Below, piece after piece: positions 60,799 to 64,000 of a stretch of 64,000 nucleotides of DNA. Position numbers and translations under genes: made by a program. The notes under the pieces are model-generated. The model was not told where the DNA came from, did not search any database, and was given only the letters and a program-made list of their open reading frames with translations. The stretch lies in NCBI GenBank assembly GCA_018238155.1, contig JABCTZ010000007.1:64001-128000 (forward strand). The letters run 5' to 3'. Positions within the stretch are counted from its first letter, which is position 1. Each line of letters opens with the position of its first letter. The stretch comes from Candidatus Heimdallarchaeota archaeon. GTDB taxonomy: Archaea > Asgardarchaeota > Heimdallarchaeia > JABLTI01.

Positions 60799-62202
60799 AT
60801 GGCAGATGATAAACCGCATTTGAATCTAGTCGTCATTGGTCATGTTGATCATGGTAAAAGTACAATGACTGGACATGCTCTCTACAAAGCAGGAGCAGTC
60901 GACGAAAGGTTGATCCAGAAGTATGCAGAAGAATCAGAGGCAATCGGAAAGCCTTCATGGAAATACGCTTGGGTCTTGCAAAAGCTCCAGGAAGAACGCG
61001 AAAGAGGTTTAACTATTGATGTTTCTTTCTTCAAGTTTGAAACTAAAAATAGCGTTTTTACAATTATAGATGCCCCTGGTCACAGGGACTTTGTAAAGAA
61101 CATGATTACTGGTGCCTCTCAAGCTAACGCTGCAATTCTCGTCGTTTCTGTTGAAAAGAACGACCTTGAGTCTGGTCTTGCTGAAGAGCGAGTTGAGAAA
61201 ACACCAAAGGGTGATCGAAGAATCCCTGGTGGTCAAACAATTGAGCATTTAACACTTGCAATTACTCTTGGCATTACCCAAATAGTTGTTGCAGTAAATA
61301 AAATGGATCTGGTAAAGTTTGAAGAAAAAGCTTACCTTGGTGTTGTTGAAAGAATAACCGCATTACTTCAAGGTTTTGTTAAAAGTGGTCTTGTTTCAAA
61401 AGAACGTGTTGATTCCATAAAATTCGTTCCAACAAGTGGAATGACTGGAGATGGTTTAGTTGGCAAAAGCGATAAAATGACTTGGTATAAAGGTTTAGCT
61501 TTAATGGATGCAATTAATGAATTCAAAGCACCAGAAAAACCAACTAGTAAACCACTCAGAATGCCTGTTCAAGATGTGTATGCAATCAAAGGTGTAGGTA
61601 CTGTCCCAGTAGGGAAAATCGAATCTGGTATATTAAAACCAGGCGATGAAGTTGTTTTCCCAATTTCAAATCAAAGTGCAAAAGTTCAATCCATTGAAAT
61701 GCATCACGAACAACTTACACAAGCAGTTCCTGGTGATAATGTAGGCTTTAACATAAAAGGTGTTGCTCGAAATGAAATCCTCAAAGGCGATGTCATTGGT
61801 CACGCTAAAGATGCTCCAAAGATCGTTGAGACCTTTGTTGCCCGTACCTTCGTTTTGAAGAACCTCTCCAAACCTGGAGCTTCACAACCAACTGGTATGG
61901 CTAAAGGCTATGCACCAATCATTCATCTTGGTCAAGCTGCACAAGCATGCCAAATTGTTGATTGGAAGGTTTTAAAGAAATCACCACAACGTAAATCCTT
62001 AGTTGCAACTGGTGAATATGATCCAAAAATTTACCTTATACAAGGTGATTTTGCTGAGATTACATTCCAACCATTTGCACCATTCATATGCGAAAAATTC
62101 GCTGACTTCCCCGCATTGGGACGTTTTGCCGCACGTGATATGGGACAAACCGTTGCTGTAGGAATTGTTACAGACGTAAAAGCAAAAAAGATAAAAGAAT
62201 AG
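60799..62202 (+). CDS. tuf: Elongation factor 1-alpha, divergent, with insertions
   Basis: GHVDHGKST, ERERGLTID, DAPGHRDFVKNMITGASQA, NKMD, PLRMPVQDVY, LGRFA.RDMGQTVAVG. Confidence 0.93.
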   Translation: MADDKPHLNLVVIGHVDHGKSTMTGHALYKAGAVDERLIQKYAEESEAIGKPSWKYAWVLQKLQEERERGLTIDVSFFKFETKNSVFTIIDAPGHRDFVKNMITGASQANAAILVVSVEKNDLESGLAEERVEKTPKGDRRIPGGQTIEHLTLAITLGITQIVVAVNKMDLVKFEEKAYLGVVERITALLQGFVKSGLVSKERVDSIKFVPTSGMTGDGLVGKSDKMTWYKGLALMDAINEFKAPEKPTSKPLRMPVQDVYAIKGVGTVPVGKIESGILKPGDEVVFPISNQSAKVQSIEMHHEQLTQAVPGDNVGFNIKGVARNEILKGDVIGHAKDAPKIVETFVARTFVLKNLSKPGASQPTGMAKGYAPIIHLGQAAQACQIVDWKVLKKSPQRKSLVATGEYDPKIYLIQGDFAEITFQPFAPFICEKFADFPALGRFAARDMGQTVAVGIVTDVKAKKIKE

Positions 62203-62361
62203 AAATCTAAATTCTATTCTCTTTTTCTTATTTTTATTACTTCTTATATTCATCTGGAAAAGATTTTTTAATTCAATGCCTCTGAAGATTAATTAAAAAC
62301 ATAAATATAACTTGGATACCAATATATTGTTATCTAACTATAACTTTGGAGTTGTGATTTT

Positions 62362-63033
62362 TTGCCTGGAAAAAGTGAGAGTAGTCATCGCAGTAATAGA
62401 AATTCTGTACCTGAAATAGGACATGAGTTAATATCAGGTTTAACACAATTATTGGTTCTTCTAATCCTTAAAAAAGGCCCTCAGCATGGGTATGAGCTTG
62501 CAAGTATGCTTGAACCAGTTTATGGTCGAAGACTTTCTCCTGGTACTATTTATCCACTTCTCCAAAGGATGAAAACAAAAGAGTATATTCAAAGTAAATC
62601 TACAGTAGTATCTGGTCGTAAAAGGAAAACTTATGTTGTTACTCGTTTAGGTCGAATTGCGATGGATAATGCTCAAGATAGTTTGCATTGCATTATTAAT
62701 AACAAAGCTCCTAATCTAGATACAGATGCCCCTGGAGAAGAGTTGCTGAAAAGTCTAGCTCAATTTAGAATTTTACTAATACTTAAGCTATCTCCTTTAC
62801 ATGGATATGAATTGGTTGAAAAACTAGCTAATTATTTTGGACAGAAAATTGCACTCGGCACCATTTATCCTTCACTTCATCGCTTAGTTGATAAGGGATA
62901 TATCATGGGTAAATCACACTGGGAAGGCGATCGAGAACGAAAAGTCTATGAATTGACAGAAACAGGTAAAAATGCAACCAAAATCGCTCTTGTTGAAGTT
63001 ACACGAATTGTTGATGATACAATATTTAATTAA
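62362..63033 (+). CDS. Tandem PadR-family transcriptional regulator (two wHTH domains)
   Basis: HGYEL...GTIYP.L.R....YI...RK.Y..T..G occurs twice. Confidence 0.9.
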   Translation: MPGKSESSHRSNRNSVPEIGHELISGLTQLLVLLILKKGPQHGYELASMLEPVYGRRLSPGTIYPLLQRMKTKEYIQSKSTVVSGRKRKTYVVTRLGRIAMDNAQDSLHCIINNKAPNLDTDAPGEELLKSLAQFRILLILKLSPLHGYELVEKLANYFGQKIALGTIYPSLHRLVDKGYIMGKSHWEGDRERKVYELTETGKNATKIALVEVTRIVDDTIFN

Positions 63034-63172
63034 TATTTATGTTCTTTTAATCCACCTCGACCTAAATCGATAATTCTTCGTTAATGAAAAATGCTTTAAA
63101 TCAAGAAAAATAAAAGAAATAGTATCAATCCAGAACATTGAACTTTAATTGCTATTACTATTGGTGTAAATA

Positions 63173-63622
63173 ATGCGTGAAAATCACTTCATTTGGTTCA
63201 TAACTAGCAGCGTATTAGGTGTACTTTTTATTATTTGGGCTTCAATTGCACCAAGCCTTCCTCTTGTTCCTGGCGATATTTGGATGTTAATTCCGGGTAT
63301 AATATTAGTCGTAATCGGTTTATTAGGTATCTTTGATAGTATGGTTTCTGATAGAGTGTTTTTGAAATATCTCTCTAAAATGGAAAACGAGCGAATTAGT
63401 TTGACCAATCTTTCAATAGATCTAAATATTGAAATTTCTGATTTGCGTGAACTTTTACTAACTCTACGTAGTCAAGGTAAATTAAAGGTTTTTTTTGACG
63501 AAAAAACCGGTGAAATAGTTTCTTCAAAGCTATATCAAGGAATAATCTGTTCTTTCTGTGGTGAACCTCAATCTGCAGAACAATTTTGTTCTTTCTGCGG
63601 TACAGAAAAACTTGAAGAATAA
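63173..63622 (+). CDS. Two-TM membrane protein with PCI-like wHTH and C-terminal Zn ribbon
   Basis: ISLTNLSIDLNI....LRELL..L...GKL..FFDEKTG; CSFCG...FCSFCG. Confidence 0.65.
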   Translation: MRENHFIWFITSSVLGVLFIIWASIAPSLPLVPGDIWMLIPGIILVVIGLLGIFDSMVSDRVFLKYLSKMENERISLTNLSIDLNIEISDLRELLLTLRSQGKLKVFFDEKTGEIVSSKLYQGIICSFCGEPQSAEQFCSFCGTEKLEE

Positions 63623-63663
63623 ATCATTGTAAATAGTAAATTGAAAAAACTGAGCTGGAAAAA

Positions 63664-64000
63664 ATGGGTAAAAAGTTCAAAGGAATCGGTTGTCCCTGTG
63701 TTACCCCGTTCAATCAAGATGAAAGTTTAGATTTAATTGGATTAAGAGAGTTAATTGACTTTTTAATTAATTCTGAAATTAATGCAATAATCCCTACAGG
63801 TAGTAGTGGGGAACATTATTCTTTAAGTGATGAAGAATATCATCAAGTAATTGATACGGTACTAGATCAAGTAAATGGTGCTGTGCCAGTCTATATCGGT
63901 CTTCCCTCTGAATCTAAAATAAGGTTACTAGAAATTGCTAAATATGCTACAGATGCAGGTGCAGATGGGTTTGTAGTTTACCCCCCAAAAATCCCTACGC
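63664..64000 (+). CDS. Dihydrodipicolinate synthase (DapA/NanA) family protein, 5' part
   Basis: MGKKFKGIGCPCVTPFNQDESLD...TGSSGE..SLSDEE...V.G.VPVYIG; runs off the window and is not in the ORF track. Confidence 0.9.
   Translation, partial: MGKKFKGIGCPCVTPFNQDESLDLIGLRELIDFLINSEINAIIPTGSSGEHYSLSDEEYHQVIDTVLDQVNGAVPVYIGLPSESKIRLLEIAKYATDAGADGFVVYPPKIPT

Overview
AT-rich archaeal chromosomal window. The gene set points to an Asgard archaeon, probably Heimdallarchaeia (inference, no phylogeny run): archaeal ThrRS, TFE-DUF2110, RbkR, deoxyhypusine synthase, EF-1alpha, L37e, an Arf-like GTPase with a longin-like tail, a PCI-like protein and a GIFT-like protein. No transposase, integrase or CRISPR array is visible. 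Main items: (1) a roughly 12 kb, 13-gene redox operon joining a 2-oxoacid:ferredoxin oxidoreductase, HdrABC, the MvhADG [NiFe] hydrogenase and a soluble fumarate-reductase pair, preceded by an 18-bp tandem repeat; (2) a membrane-anchored polyproline protein ending in a WH2- or MIM1-like helix, next to a degenerate Arf-like GTPase; (3) an unannotated box H/ACA-like K-turn RNA whose pocket matches LSU rRNA helix 69; (4) a tRNA-Cys with two introns; (5) a double-length UvrA followed by a small PIP-box-like protein; (6) an EF-1alpha with EFL-like insertions; (7) a TrmB regulator with a roughly 550-aa coiled coil; (8) an FG-GAP/TSP3 surface protein between ABC transporter genes. All family calls come from motif recognition by eye.
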